Below are positions 1-8,646 of a stretch of 54,676 bases of DNA, piece by piece. Below the pieces are notes generated by a model that saw only the letters and a program-made list of their open reading frames with translations, was not told the DNA's origin and did not search any database. The stretch is from Candidatus Parcubacteria bacterium (lineage in GTDB: Bacteria; Patescibacteriota; Minisyncoccia; Phycocordibacterales; Zambryskibacteraceae), in the NCBI GenBank assembly GCA_019661895.1, contig JAIFWO010000002.1, positions 1 to 54,676 on the forward strand, read 5' to 3'. Position numbers and translations under genes: made by a program. Position 1 is the stretch's first letter. Every line of letters starts with the position of its first letter.

Positions 1-10
1 GGAGAGAGAT

Positions 11-1189
11 ATGAAGGTTAAGAAGGAGAGCCTTACGTGGATCGGTGCGGGGCTCTTTTTTGTATCTGGGGCGTTTGTGGCACTCCCATACGTGCTTCAA
101 AGCAGTTACAAGAGCCCTTCGGCCACAGCCACTTTAGCCTCCATTGAATTCCCGACTTCCACACCTGTCTTCGTCGCGGTACATATTGCGCCGCCAGTGG
201 GGCTGAAGGCCATCTATATGACGGCTTGCGTGGCGGCTACACCCTCTTGGCGCGAGCATCTGAAGGACATGATCAAGGAGAGCGAGCTCAATGCGGTCGT
301 GGTAGACATCAAGGACTACACTGGCACCATCTCGTTTGTCGACAAGGATCTCCAACCCGAGTCTCCCGGCGGATGCCGCGTCAAGGATATGCAAGAATTC
401 GTCGACGAACTCCATCAAGATAATATCTACGTCATCGGGCGCATCACGGTCTTCCAAGATCCCTTCTACGCCAAGACGCATCCGGACCTGGCGGTGAAGA
501 GTAAGGCTAGCGCAGGTGTGTGGAAGGATCATAAGGGTTTGGCCTTTATCGATGTCGGCGCCAAGCCGTACTGGGATTATGTGATCTCACTGGCACAGAC
601 TTCGTACGAACTTGGCTTCGACGAAATAAACTTCGATTATATCCGCTACCCCTCGGACGGCAATATGAAGGATACCGACTACACTTGGACAGTTGGCACC
701 TCGACTAAAGCCGAGATGGTCAAGAGCTTCTTCGAGTATCTCCACGACAATCTTAAGGATACAGGAGTAAAGACTTCTGCAGACCTCTTTGGCCTTGTCA
801 CGGTAGCCCAAGACGATCTGGGCATCGGTCAAGTGCTCGAGAACGCTCTGCCCAACTTCGACTACGTTGACCCCATGGTCTATCCTTCGCACTTTGCTCC
901 TGGCACCAATGGCTATAGAAATCCTGCTGATAATCCATACGAAATAATTAAATACTCGATGGCCGGAGGAGTAGCTAAGGAAGAGGCTCTCAATATTAAA
1001 CTTGGTATCGCTACCTCCACGCCTTCCAAACTGCGCCCTTGGATCCAAGACTTCGATCTCGGAGCCACCTACGATGCCGCCAAAGTCCGCGCCCAGATCC
1101 AAGCCACTTATGATGTCGGTCTTACCTCCTGGCTCTCATGGGACGCCTCGAACAAATATACTCCCGAAGCCTATTTAAAAGAGGAGTAA
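11..1189 (+). CDS. putative glycoside-hydrolase-like TIM-barrel protein (COG1306/DUF4015-like) with N-terminal membrane anchor or signal
   Basis: 392-aa ORF with GGAG at 1-4 upstream of the ATG at 11. N-terminal hydrophobic segment LTWIGAGLFFVSGAFVALPYV. Motifs NAVVVDIKD, GRITVFQD and EINFDYIRYP are typical of this family as I recall it. Confidence 0.6.
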   Translation: MKVKKESLTWIGAGLFFVSGAFVALPYVLQSSYKSPSATATLASIEFPTSTPVFVAVHIAPPVGLKAIYMTACVAATPSWREHLKDMIKESELNAVVVDIKDYTGTISFVDKDLQPESPGGCRVKDMQEFVDELHQDNIYVIGRITVFQDPFYAKTHPDLAVKSKASAGVWKDHKGLAFIDVGAKPYWDYVISLAQTSYELGFDEINFDYIRYPSDGNMKDTDYTWTVGTSTKAEMVKSFFEYLHDNLKDTGVKTSADLFGLVTVAQDDLGIGQVLENALPNFDYVDPMVYPSHFAPGTNGYRNPADNPYEIIKYSMAGGVAKEEALNIKLGIATSTPSKLRPWIQDFDLGATYDAAKVRAQIQATYDVGLTSWLSWDASNKYTPEAYLKEE

Positions 1190-1198
1190 TATCTATAT

Positions 1199-2005
1199 AT
1201 GACTCAGGAAACACCGCGGCCGCACCTTCATAGTGATTCTAACTATATACAGAGAGTGAAGGGCTTGCTTCATAGCCATGAAGAATTAGAGGTTTTACAT
1301 TTTGAATATTTAGAAGATACTCTGAAGTCATTAGGATTTGAAATAAATTTGGAAGAGTCGTATACAGGAGAGACTGTTGGAGATGTTATCCCGAAAATTA
1401 TTGATCAAGCATTCGAGCACATTACTACGCACCCTCCTAATAAAGAGGTTCTGGAAAAGATACTGCAGCTCTGGGATTATCTAGCTGAGAACGACACTTT
1501 GGAAAATGCTGACCTTATTTATGTATTTGGTGGTATAGGCGAAGCAGCTGTTAAAGAAGCACTTAAATTAAAAAATGAAGGGTATGCACCCAAAATATTA
1601 TTCAGTGGTAAGAAGGCCTCCTATATGGCAGACGTTGAAATAACTGAAGCAGAGAAATATGCTGAGATCGCGATAGAAGCTGGAATATCGAAAGAAGATA
1701 TTTTAATTGAAAATGAATCGGTTAATACACCAGAGAATATCGTTAACTCGGCAAAATTACTCCATTCGCTTAATTTCTTACCCAAGAAGGTTATTGCAGT
1801 AAGCTTGCCATATCATATGAAGAGAGCGGGCCTTAGCGATCAGGGTTTGATTGGGATTTTAGACTTATTCGACATCCTGGTCCCTCCGCTAAATACACTC
1901 GAGACACTTATTTTAAAGACAAGAATGGATGGACATATATCTGTTTTGAGTACATTAAATTGTATCTTGCACGTCGGGCAAAACACTTTTAATTTTGAGA
2001 TTTAA
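1199..2005 (+). CDS. YdcF/DUF218 family protein, probably frameshifted near 1843
   Basis: Motifs ADLIYVFGGIG, PKILFSGKK, ENESVNTPENI and VSLPYHMKRA match the DUF218 core. A second frame is open from 1843 to 1992 and gives a more family-like C-terminus (see findings). The gene is much more AT-rich than its neighbours. Confidence 0.6.
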   Translation: MTQETPRPHLHSDSNYIQRVKGLLHSHEELEVLHFEYLEDTLKSLGFEINLEESYTGETVGDVIPKIIDQAFEHITTHPPNKEVLEKILQLWDYLAENDTLENADLIYVFGGIGEAAVKEALKLKNEGYAPKILFSGKKASYMADVEITEAEKYAEIAIEAGISKEDILIENESVNTPENIVNSAKLLHSLNFLPKKVIAVSLPYHMKRAGLSDQGLIGILDLFDILVPPLNTLETLILKTRMDGHISVLSTLNCILHVGQNTFNFEI

Positions 2006-2041
2006 CCTTAGAAATAGCCCTAAAAATAAGGTGATTTTGAC

Positions 2042-2070
2042 TTGCAGAATGATAGATTTTGTGATATAAT
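2042..2070 (+). promoter_or_regulatory. sigma70-like promoter: -35 TTGCAG, 17-nt spacer, extended -10 TGATATAAT
   Basis: TTGCAG at 2042-2047, TG at 2062-2063, TATAAT at 2065-2070. It lies about 45 nt upstream of GTG 2116, which has GGAG at 2106-2109. Confidence 0.45.
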
Positions 2071-2115
2071 ACCGTCAGACTGAAGTTTAACAACTACCTC
2101 AGCGCGGAGAAAACT

Positions 2116-2952
2116 GTGAGCGATCCACATCGGGAAGCTATCTGGCAGCGCGAAGATGCACGACAGATCATGAATGAGGCACGCAGGCAGTTCGAAGCAC
2201 AGGCTCACGAGACAACTCTCGTTGGTAGGGCAACAGCATGGTCTTATCCGGCTAGCGCACACGTCGCACTCGCGAGCACTCATTACTCGCTCGTGAAGCG
2301 CTACATGTCACCAAAGTGGAAGGTCCCGCTTGCAGTTTGGCACACGCGGCGAGCAGTTGTGCACGCAAAGGCTGCTATCAGTATGGGCGGTCTTAACTTC
2401 GACCAAGTCGATGTTGTAACTAAGATTCTGTCGAAGGCACCAAGCTGGCTTGGCGGTGATAGGAAGGCGGCGCAGGATCTTCTCCTTGGCGCAATTGGTT
2501 ATGTGCCAGTCGCGGAACCGCAGGATGAGATGCTCGCGCATACTCGTGCCCTACTTCTTATCACCCTCGGAGAGATCGAGGAGAAGATGGGAGCAACGAA
2601 ACTCAACGTGGCCAAGCGGTATCTTGAAGCGATGTTCCAACGGAAGCTTGTATTTGGAGAATCCGATAAGCTCATGGCCATGCGTCAATGGGTACGGATT
2701 GCCGCGGCGTGCGGATTTTGGTTTTATGACCACCGCGCGGAGCTTGAAGTTGAGAACGAAGCTGCTGGAGGGTCTCGGCTGCTGGTCTCGGGCTTCATCG
2801 TTGCTCTCCTTCCCGAAGCTTACGCTCTGGCAGAAGAGTTGGCAGAGGATCAGGCAGAGAAAATACGTGCCGAGTGTCAAAAACGCGGGCTTGACCCTGA
2901 TAATCTGCTTCCGCAACTCATATATATGTGCGGCGAGTCGGCTCAACTGTAA
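2116..2952 (+). CDS. hypothetical protein (predicted all-helical, no recognised family)
   Basis: 278-aa ORF with a GTG start, preceded by GGAGA with a 6-nt spacing, and followed by a terminator. GC content is higher than in the preceding gene. Confidence 0.5.
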   Translation: MSDPHREAIWQREDARQIMNEARRQFEAQAHETTLVGRATAWSYPASAHVALASTHYSLVKRYMSPKWKVPLAVWHTRRAVVHAKAAISMGGLNFDQVDVVTKILSKAPSWLGGDRKAAQDLLLGAIGYVPVAEPQDEMLAHTRALLLITLGEIEEKMGATKLNVAKRYLEAMFQRKLVFGESDKLMAMRQWVRIAAACGFWFYDHRAELEVENEAAGGSRLLVSGFIVALLPEAYALAEELAEDQAEKIRAECQKRGLDPDNLLPQLIYMCGESAQL

Positions 2953-2956
2953 GTAT

Positions 2957-2985
2957 GGGCGCTCTCGAAAGAGGCGCCTTTTTGT
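2957..2985 (+). terminator. rho-independent terminator
   Basis: GGCGCTCTC-GAAA-GAGGCGCC hairpin with one bulged base and a GNRA loop, followed by TTTTTG. Confidence 0.6.
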
Positions 2986-3001
2986 TATATAATCACAACA
3001 A

Positions 3002-4783
3002 ATGTACAACCCGGAAAAGATCACTTACTTCGGCGAGACGGACTCGAGGAACAAGCGAGTGGCCTTCGGTATTAAGGCCAAGGACCGCTTGAAGCACGTC
3101 TATGTCATCGGTAAAACTGGCATGGGTAAGTCGACCTTGCTCGAGAATATGGCGGTGCAAGATATCAAGGGCAACGAAGGGATGGCCTTCATCGACCCGC
3201 ACGGCAAGACGGCCGAGCTCCTGCTTGAGTACGTCCCGCCCGAGCGCATCAAGGATGTGGTCTACTTCGCCCCCTTCGACATCGAGCATCCGATCTCCTT
3301 CAATGTCATGGAGGACGTCGGGCCTGATAAGCGCCACCTGGTAGTCAACGGCCTCATGAGCGCCTTCAAGAAGCTCTTCGGCGAGGAGAGCTTCTCGGAC
3401 CGCATGCAATACATTTTGCAAAATACTATCCTCGCTCTTCTCGAGTACCCAGAGTCGACCATGCTCGGCATTAACCGCATGCTCACCGACAAAGCTTATC
3501 GCGACAAAGTCATCGCCAACGTCACCGACTCGTCCGTTAAAACTTACTGGACCCAAGAGTTTGCCAACTACACCGAACGCTTCGCCGCTGAGGCTACCCC
3601 GGCTATCCAAAATAAGATCGGTCAATTTACCGCCAACCCTTTAGTACGTAACATCATTGGCCAGCCGAAATCCTCATTCGACTTCCGCAAACTCATGGAC
3701 GAGGGCAAGATCATGATCATTAACCTCTCCAAGGGCCGGGTCGGCGAGGCCAATGCCAACCTCCTGGGCTCGATGCTCATTACCAAGATCTATTTGGCCG
3801 CTATGAGCCGCGCCGATACCAATGAGGTCGAGCTCAACAAACTCCCCAACTTCTACCTCTACGTGGACGAGTTCCAATCCTTCGCCAATGAGTCCTTCGC
3901 CGACATTCTCTCAGAGGCTCGTAAATATAAATTGAATCTGACCGTGGCCCACCAGTACATCGAGCAGATGAGTGAGGAGGTGAGAGCCGCCGTCTTCGGC
4001 AACGTGGGTACCATGATCACCTTCCGGGTCGGGGCTTATGACGCCGAGGTCTTGGAGAAGGAGTTCGCGCCCGTCTTTACCATGGAAGATTTGGTGAACT
4101 TGGGCTCGTATCAGATTTATCTTAAGCTCATGATCGACGGCATCGGCTCACAGCCCTTCTCGGCTCGCACCTTGCCGCCAATTGCCAAGCCTGATATTTC
4201 TAATGTTTCGAATATTCTTGAGAGTTCTCGCACCGCCTTCGCCCGCCCACGCGACATGGTCGAGAAGATTATTGCTGAGTGGTATGAGGAGGGCAAACCG
4301 CCTGAGATTAGGCCGCCCAAGAAGCCCACTTCAGCGTACAAAGAAAGGCGCCCAGACGACAGGAGAAGTAACGATCATCAGACACGAAGCCGCAGTGAGG
4401 ATGATTATGAACTTAAGCAAGTTAAGCAAATAAGGCACGAGGTCGTGGCGAGCGATCAGAGAATCGCGCCCAAGGATGACTTCAAACCACTTAAGAGCAT
4501 TTCTCTAGAGAGGCTTAAGGAGAAGTCGAGTAACCAACGCCCTGCTTCGGAGAAGAACGTCAATGATCTACGAAGTGCGCTCTCCTCGATTGTTAAGAAC
4601 ACACCAGCACACACACCTGCGCCAGTAGTGGCTCCAAAGCCTGCTCCCGCCCCCGTGCCCGCACCAGTTACTCCACCGACCCCACCCAACCCTCCCCTTG
4701 CCAAGGGGAGGGAAGAAGGGAGAGGTGAACCAAAGGCTAAAGAAATTCCTCGCGAGGAACTTGAAAAGCTGTTAAGTTTATAG
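3002..4783 (+). CDS. TraD/VirD4-like (type IV coupling protein-like, FtsK/HerA superfamily) P-loop ATPase with a disordered Pro/Ala-rich tail
   Basis: Walker A GKTGMGKS, Walker B-like FYLYVDEFQSF and ARKYKLNLTVAHQ. The C-terminal ~170 aa are low complexity (PAPVVAPKPAPAPVPAPVTPPTPPNPP). TATAAT at 2988-2993 lies 8 nt upstream of the ATG. Confidence 0.7.
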   Translation: MYNPEKITYFGETDSRNKRVAFGIKAKDRLKHVYVIGKTGMGKSTLLENMAVQDIKGNEGMAFIDPHGKTAELLLEYVPPERIKDVVYFAPFDIEHPISFNVMEDVGPDKRHLVVNGLMSAFKKLFGEESFSDRMQYILQNTILALLEYPESTMLGINRMLTDKAYRDKVIANVTDSSVKTYWTQEFANYTERFAAEATPAIQNKIGQFTANPLVRNIIGQPKSSFDFRKLMDEGKIMIINLSKGRVGEANANLLGSMLITKIYLAAMSRADTNEVELNKLPNFYLYVDEFQSFANESFADILSEARKYKLNLTVAHQYIEQMSEEVRAAVFGNVGTMITFRVGAYDAEVLEKEFAPVFTMEDLVNLGSYQIYLKLMIDGIGSQPFSARTLPPIAKPDISNVSNILESSRTAFARPRDMVEKIIAEWYEEGKPPEIRPPKKPTSAYKERRPDDRRSNDHQTRSRSEDDYELKQVKQIRHEVVASDQRIAPKDDFKPLKSISLERLKEKSSNQRPASEKNVNDLRSALSSIVKNTPAHTPAPVVAPKPAPAPVPAPVTPPTPPNPPLAKGREEGRGEPKAKEIPREELEKLLSL

Positions 4784-4785
4784 TC

Positions 4786-5904
4786 GTGAAGAAGCGCATC
4801 CTTATCTTCTCAACCTCGTACTACCCATTTGTCGGCGGGGCGGAGGTGGCTGTCAAAGAGATCACCGACAGGCTCGGGGGCGAGTTTGATTTTGACCTTA
4901 TTGTCGCCAAACAGGATAAGAGCCTTTCAGACATCCAAGAGATCAATGCGGTCACAGTCTACCGAGTGGGGTGGGGAAGTCGGTTGCTCGATAAGCTGTG
5001 GGTGCCCCTTGGCGGGGCCAGGCTGGCTCTTAAACTCAAGAGGAGGCATGATTACGCAGCCTTCTGGTGCATCATGGCAAGCTATGCAGCCGGGGCAGCC
5101 TATATTGCCAATATATTTTCATGGCGGGAGGTGCCGATCATCCTGACCCTTCAAGAAGGCGATTCCGAAGAGCATCTGAGGTATCGCTGGCTCGGGCTCA
5201 TTAGCCTCTCGTGGTATCTGGCCCTTAGACGCACCAGAGTGCTCACGGCCATCAGCACGTATCTGCTCGAGAGGGGAGAGAAATTTGGATTCAAGGGCGT
5301 TTCAATATTGATTCCCAATGGAGTTAATTACAAGAAATTTGATGTGCCGAAAGCGGCGCGCGATGACGGCAAGGTCGTGCTCATCACCGCCTCTAGGCTG
5401 ACAAAGAAGAATGCCATAGATGATATCATCGAGGCCTTGGCGCACTTGCCAGACAATGTCGTTTTCAGGATCTTAGGTACTGGAGAGCTTGAAGAAGAGC
5501 TTAAGACGCAAGTGGCAGGGCTCAACCTCGAACGGCGCGTCGACTTCGCCGGCTATGTTGACCACAGTCAAATGCCCTACCACTTCAGCCGGGCTGATAT
5601 ATTTATTCGCCCATCTCTTTCGGAAGGGATGGGAAATTCGTTTATTGAGGCCATGGCCGCAGGACTGCCAGTGATCGCCACGAACGTTGGAGGTATCCCA
5701 GACTTTATAAAAGACGGAGAAACGGGACTCTTTGTAAATGTCCATGACCCTAAAGATATTGCCGAGAAGGTAAAGCGACTCATAGATGACGAAGCTTTGC
5801 GCCAGAAGCTTATCGAAAACGCGAAAGCTTTAGTAAAAGAAAAATATGACTGGAATTTGATCGCGGAAGACATGAAAAACCGAGTATTCAGGGTGCTTTT
5901 ATAG
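4786..5904 (+). CDS. glycosyltransferase family 4 (GT-B)
   Basis: GTG start giving VKKRILIFS. Contains YYPFVGGAE and the EX7E region EGMGNSFIEAMAAGLPVIATNVGGIPDFIKDGETGLFV. Confidence 0.8.
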   Translation: MKKRILIFSTSYYPFVGGAEVAVKEITDRLGGEFDFDLIVAKQDKSLSDIQEINAVTVYRVGWGSRLLDKLWVPLGGARLALKLKRRHDYAAFWCIMASYAAGAAYIANIFSWREVPIILTLQEGDSEEHLRYRWLGLISLSWYLALRRTRVLTAISTYLLERGEKFGFKGVSILIPNGVNYKKFDVPKAARDDGKVVLITASRLTKKNAIDDIIEALAHLPDNVVFRILGTGELEEELKTQVAGLNLERRVDFAGYVDHSQMPYHFSRADIFIRPSLSEGMGNSFIEAMAAGLPVIATNVGGIPDFIKDGETGLFVNVHDPKDIAEKVKRLIDDEALRQKLIENAKALVKEKYDWNLIAEDMKNRVFRVLL

Positions 5905-5907
5905 CTC

Positions 5908-5936
5908 TTGCTTCTATAGTTAAACTATGATATAAT
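5908..5936 (+). promoter_or_regulatory. sigma70-like promoter: -35 TTGCTT, 17-nt spacer, extended -10 TGATATAAT
   Basis: TTGCTT at 5908-5913, TG at 5928-5929, TATAAT at 5931-5936. It shares the 9-mer TGATATAAT with the promoter at 2062-2070. Confidence 0.45.
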
Positions 5937-6002
5937 GCGCCCGGTTCTAGTGGCAGTAGCACGTTGCTAGCAGGTTCCTTTAATTACACAGGAGTGTGTC
6001 TC

Positions 6003-6710
6003 ATGTTGGTTCGTGTCTCAATCGGTCGCTTGACCCCGATGGTCCGTGTTCCGGCTGGCGAAGTTGACGCGGGTGCTGTGGTCGGGATTTTGAATCCGAC
6101 TTCATATGCCAAGGGCAAGCGTCTCTTTCAGCCGCTTGGTGGTGCCGTTGAGTTGACCAAGGAAGGTGTTGACTTCCTCGCTGAAGAGTTCGGTGCGACG
6201 CAGTTCCACGTGAACAAGGAGGGCGGCACCGACGCCCGCTTCATCATTGATGATCCGCAGCTAGCGGGTGTCTTCGATTTCTTCCGCGAGGGCAAGGATG
6301 AGTTTTTCTCAATCGATCCGATGGAGGAGCTCGTGCAAGAACTGACTGGTAACGAGTTCCCGAAGAACGACTTCTTCGGTGAGATCCCTCCCGCTCTCGA
6401 TCTCGAAGCGGTCTCCGAATGCGAGCTCGAGTACCGCGGTACGATCATTCAGCCATTCTCCGACAAGAAAGGCTCATCGCCGCTCGCTGGCAAAGAGCCG
6501 TCGCGTCGGATGTTCCATGTCTTTGACCTGCTTCTACCGAGGCTGGAGACGTTCGAGGACATGCTCAAGTCGCCGGCGCTCTTGAAGCTTCATGAAGATG
6601 ACCTCGCGACGATCGATGGCGGACGTAAGCAGGGCAAGACGAAGAACGGCGACGCCATCGCCGACAACTTCATCTTTCCGGCCAGTCGAACGCCAATTGT
6701 TGCTCTCTAG
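6003..6710 (+). CDS. hypothetical protein, possibly a degenerate Nudix-like fold
   Basis: I prefer ATG 6003, with AGGAG at 5991-5995 (7-nt spacing), over the TTG at 5964 used in the ORF track. The segment PLGGAVELTKEGVDFLAEEFGA resembles a shortened Nudix box (GG..E......EExGU) but lacks the RE pair. Confidence 0.45.
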   Translation: MLVRVSIGRLTPMVRVPAGEVDAGAVVGILNPTSYAKGKRLFQPLGGAVELTKEGVDFLAEEFGATQFHVNKEGGTDARFIIDDPQLAGVFDFFREGKDEFFSIDPMEELVQELTGNEFPKNDFFGEIPPALDLEAVSECELEYRGTIIQPFSDKKGSSPLAGKEPSRRMFHVFDLLLPRLETFEDMLKSPALLKLHEDDLATIDGGRKQGKTKNGDAIADNFIFPASRTPIVAL

Positions 6711-6728
6711 CCGATGCGCCCTGTGTTA

Positions 6729-6764
6729 GCCGGTATCCCAAAAAGGGGTGCCGGCTTTTCTTTT
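6729..6764 (+). terminator. rho-independent terminator
   Basis: GCCGGTATCCC-AAAAA-GGGGTGCCGGC hairpin with two G-U pairs, followed by TTTTCTTTT. Confidence 0.6.
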
Positions 6765-6780
6765 GTGCTATATTTGGCCT

Positions 6781-7563
6781 ATGCAAAATCGATACGAGTT
6801 TATATTAGGGTTGGTGAAGGAGGCCGGATGGAAGCTGAAGGAATATACTGGGCAAAAGGTTGAGACAGATACTAAAAATAACAACCCGCTCGATCTGGTG
6901 ACGAAGGTGGATGTTGAAATCAGTGAGTTTCTAACTTCCCGAGTGAGAGAGGGTTTCCCGGGAGAAGTGGTTTACTCCGAGGAGGCGGCTGATGTCGATA
7001 TTTCTTCCGGTTCGTATTGGTCCATTGATCCAATTGATGGCACCACCAACTTCTCGAGAGGCATTCCGCATTACTCGGTGGTTATTGCGTATGTGGAGAA
7101 GGGAGTGCCAGCTGTCGGAGCTTTATATAATCCGGTGACCGATGAATTATATAGTTTTGAAAAGGGGAAGGGAGCCTACCTCAACGGCAAGCAAATCCAT
7201 GTATCAAATGTTACCGCACTCGACGAATCATATATGCTTCTGCGTGCCGGGCGTAACAAAGATTTGTGGGACTGGGGGACAACCTCGTACAAATTTATGC
7301 TCGAGCATGGGGTGAAGTGCGCCAATCTTGGCAGCTCGGGACTTGATATGTGCTACGTAGCCGCTGGCCGAGTAGAGGCAAACATTTATGGCACTCTTAC
7401 CACCATTGATATAGCCGCAGCTCTAGGCCTTGTCTGGGAAGCGGGAGGAATGATCGTAGGAAAGGGTGGACAAGAGGTTTCAGAAATCTCTAAGGAAAAG
7501 CAGCAAATTATTGGCGTAAATAATAGGACTACCCTACAAGCTCTCGAACCGATATTCCGCTAA
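6781..7563 (+). CDS. inositol monophosphatase family protein (SuhB-like)
   Basis: Motifs YSEE and WSIDPIDGTTNF, plus a C-terminal GSSGLDMCYVAAGR-type region. I chose ATG 6781 (MQNRYEF) because TGcTATATT at 6766-6774 sits 6 nt upstream. Confidence 0.8.
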   Translation: MQNRYEFILGLVKEAGWKLKEYTGQKVETDTKNNNPLDLVTKVDVEISEFLTSRVREGFPGEVVYSEEAADVDISSGSYWSIDPIDGTTNFSRGIPHYSVVIAYVEKGVPAVGALYNPVTDELYSFEKGKGAYLNGKQIHVSNVTALDESYMLLRAGRNKDLWDWGTTSYKFMLEHGVKCANLGSSGLDMCYVAAGRVEANIYGTLTTIDIAAALGLVWEAGGMIVGKGGQEVSEISKEKQQIIGVNNRTTLQALEPIFR

Positions 7564-8606
7564 GCGACTGCAAACTCCTTCTGTCTCTTCTTCTCCTCGT
7601 CTGAGCGTAAGGTGTCGCGCTTGCCTTTGTACTCCTGGATAAGGTGGAGAGGGATGGCCGTGTCGTCTAAGATGTGTCGCAGGATATGTTGCCAAAATGC
7701 GAGTCGCTCCTTCGTCAATTGATGAAGGTCTCCTTCAGTTTCAGCCAAGGATTCTTTGTAGAAGCGCATGAGGAAGCTAATTTTGTAAATACGCATGAGT
7801 CGCAGGTTCAAATAGTCTTCAGCACCTCGATTTTTCTTAATATATTCGCTTATGGCACGATCGAGGCCTGGGTTGTGGATGACCATGTAGTTTAAGAATC
7901 TGGCCCAGCCCTCGTACTTGTTGCCGAAGTGCATAGTACGAACTTCTGGAGCGCAGTCGAGCATGTAGAGGCGGTTGTCGCGAATGCGGAAGTTGTGCGG
8001 GACGAAATCGGTATGGGTAAGATAGTTACAATATTTGTCGATAAGCTGCTTGTGATTGTGCAAAAGGGTTTCGGCTTCGTCTAAAATTGTATTCCCCACT
8101 ACTTCTTTGGCGGCGGCAAATTCTCTGAAGTATTCTTGGGCGTAGAGGATAGGGAAAACTTTCTTCACGGTCCCGATATGCTCATAGGTCGTAGCATGGA
8201 AAGCTTCCTGTGCCTCGAAGGCTTTAAGTGCAATGAAGAATTGCTCCTCGAGAGTGTGGGCGACGAAGACTTTATCTTGTTCGATAAATTCAATGGCCCA
8301 CATAAGGTACCCTTGATCCTCCTTCCAGTAAATCTCCTGTGGGAAAAGGATGGAACCATTAGCAAAAGTGATTGATTGGAGTAGGTCTCGGGCGTGCTTT
8401 TCCTCACTAATACCGCGCTTGCCCTCAGGCATGTTGCTTATCTTTATGGCCACACGGAGGCCATCCTTAATTCGCCGGCCCATGAGGACGAGCTTCTGCT
8501 TCTGCATTAAAAAGCGCTCGCCGCTAATATGGGGCTGCTCCTCATCGAGTGTGAACCCATGCTTTGAAAGTAGGTTCTGAAGCTCAGGTAGTAGCGTTGC
8601 GTCCAT
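7560..8606 (-). CDS. protein-kinase-like fold phosphotransferase (APH/CotS-like)
   Basis: VAIKIS (beta3 Lys), catalytic-loop-like HTDFVPHN and a downstream MLD (DFG-equivalent Asp). It is convergent with the IMPase gene and overlaps its stop by 4 nt. Confidence 0.5.
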   Translation of the reverse strand: MDATLLPELQNLLSKHGFTLDEEQPHISGERFLMQKQKLVLMGRRIKDGLRVAIKISNMPEGKRGISEEKHARDLLQSITFANGSILFPQEIYWKEDQGYLMWAIEFIEQDKVFVAHTLEEQFFIALKAFEAQEAFHATTYEHIGTVKKVFPILYAQEYFREFAAAKEVVGNTILDEAETLLHNHKQLIDKYCNYLTHTDFVPHNFRIRDNRLYMLDCAPEVRTMHFGNKYEGWARFLNYMVIHNPGLDRAISEYIKKNRGAEDYLNLRLMRIYKISFLMRFYKESLAETEGDLHQLTKERLAFWQHILRHILDDTAIPLHLIQEYKGKRDTLRSDEEKKRQKEFAVA

Positions 8607-8646
8607 AATGCTTCTATCCTATAGTAGGGTCTAAACAGACGCAATT

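Noticed and set aside
2993-3625. 210-aa minus-strand ORF, and the overlapping 2450-2992 and 2551-3024 ORFs
   Set aside because: They are antisense or off-frame to the P-loop ATPase and to the 2116-2952 gene. The region 2957-2985 is better explained as a terminator.
2116-4783. Possible two-gene defence system (helical partner plus HerA-like ATPase, as in Sir2-HerA or DUF4297-HerA)
   Set aside because: The two genes are separated by a good intrinsic terminator and the ATPase has its own promoter. The ATPase motifs look TraD/VirD4-like rather than HerA-specific. The partner shows only an R-x4-H tripeptide-level hint. The evidence is not sufficient to claim a system.
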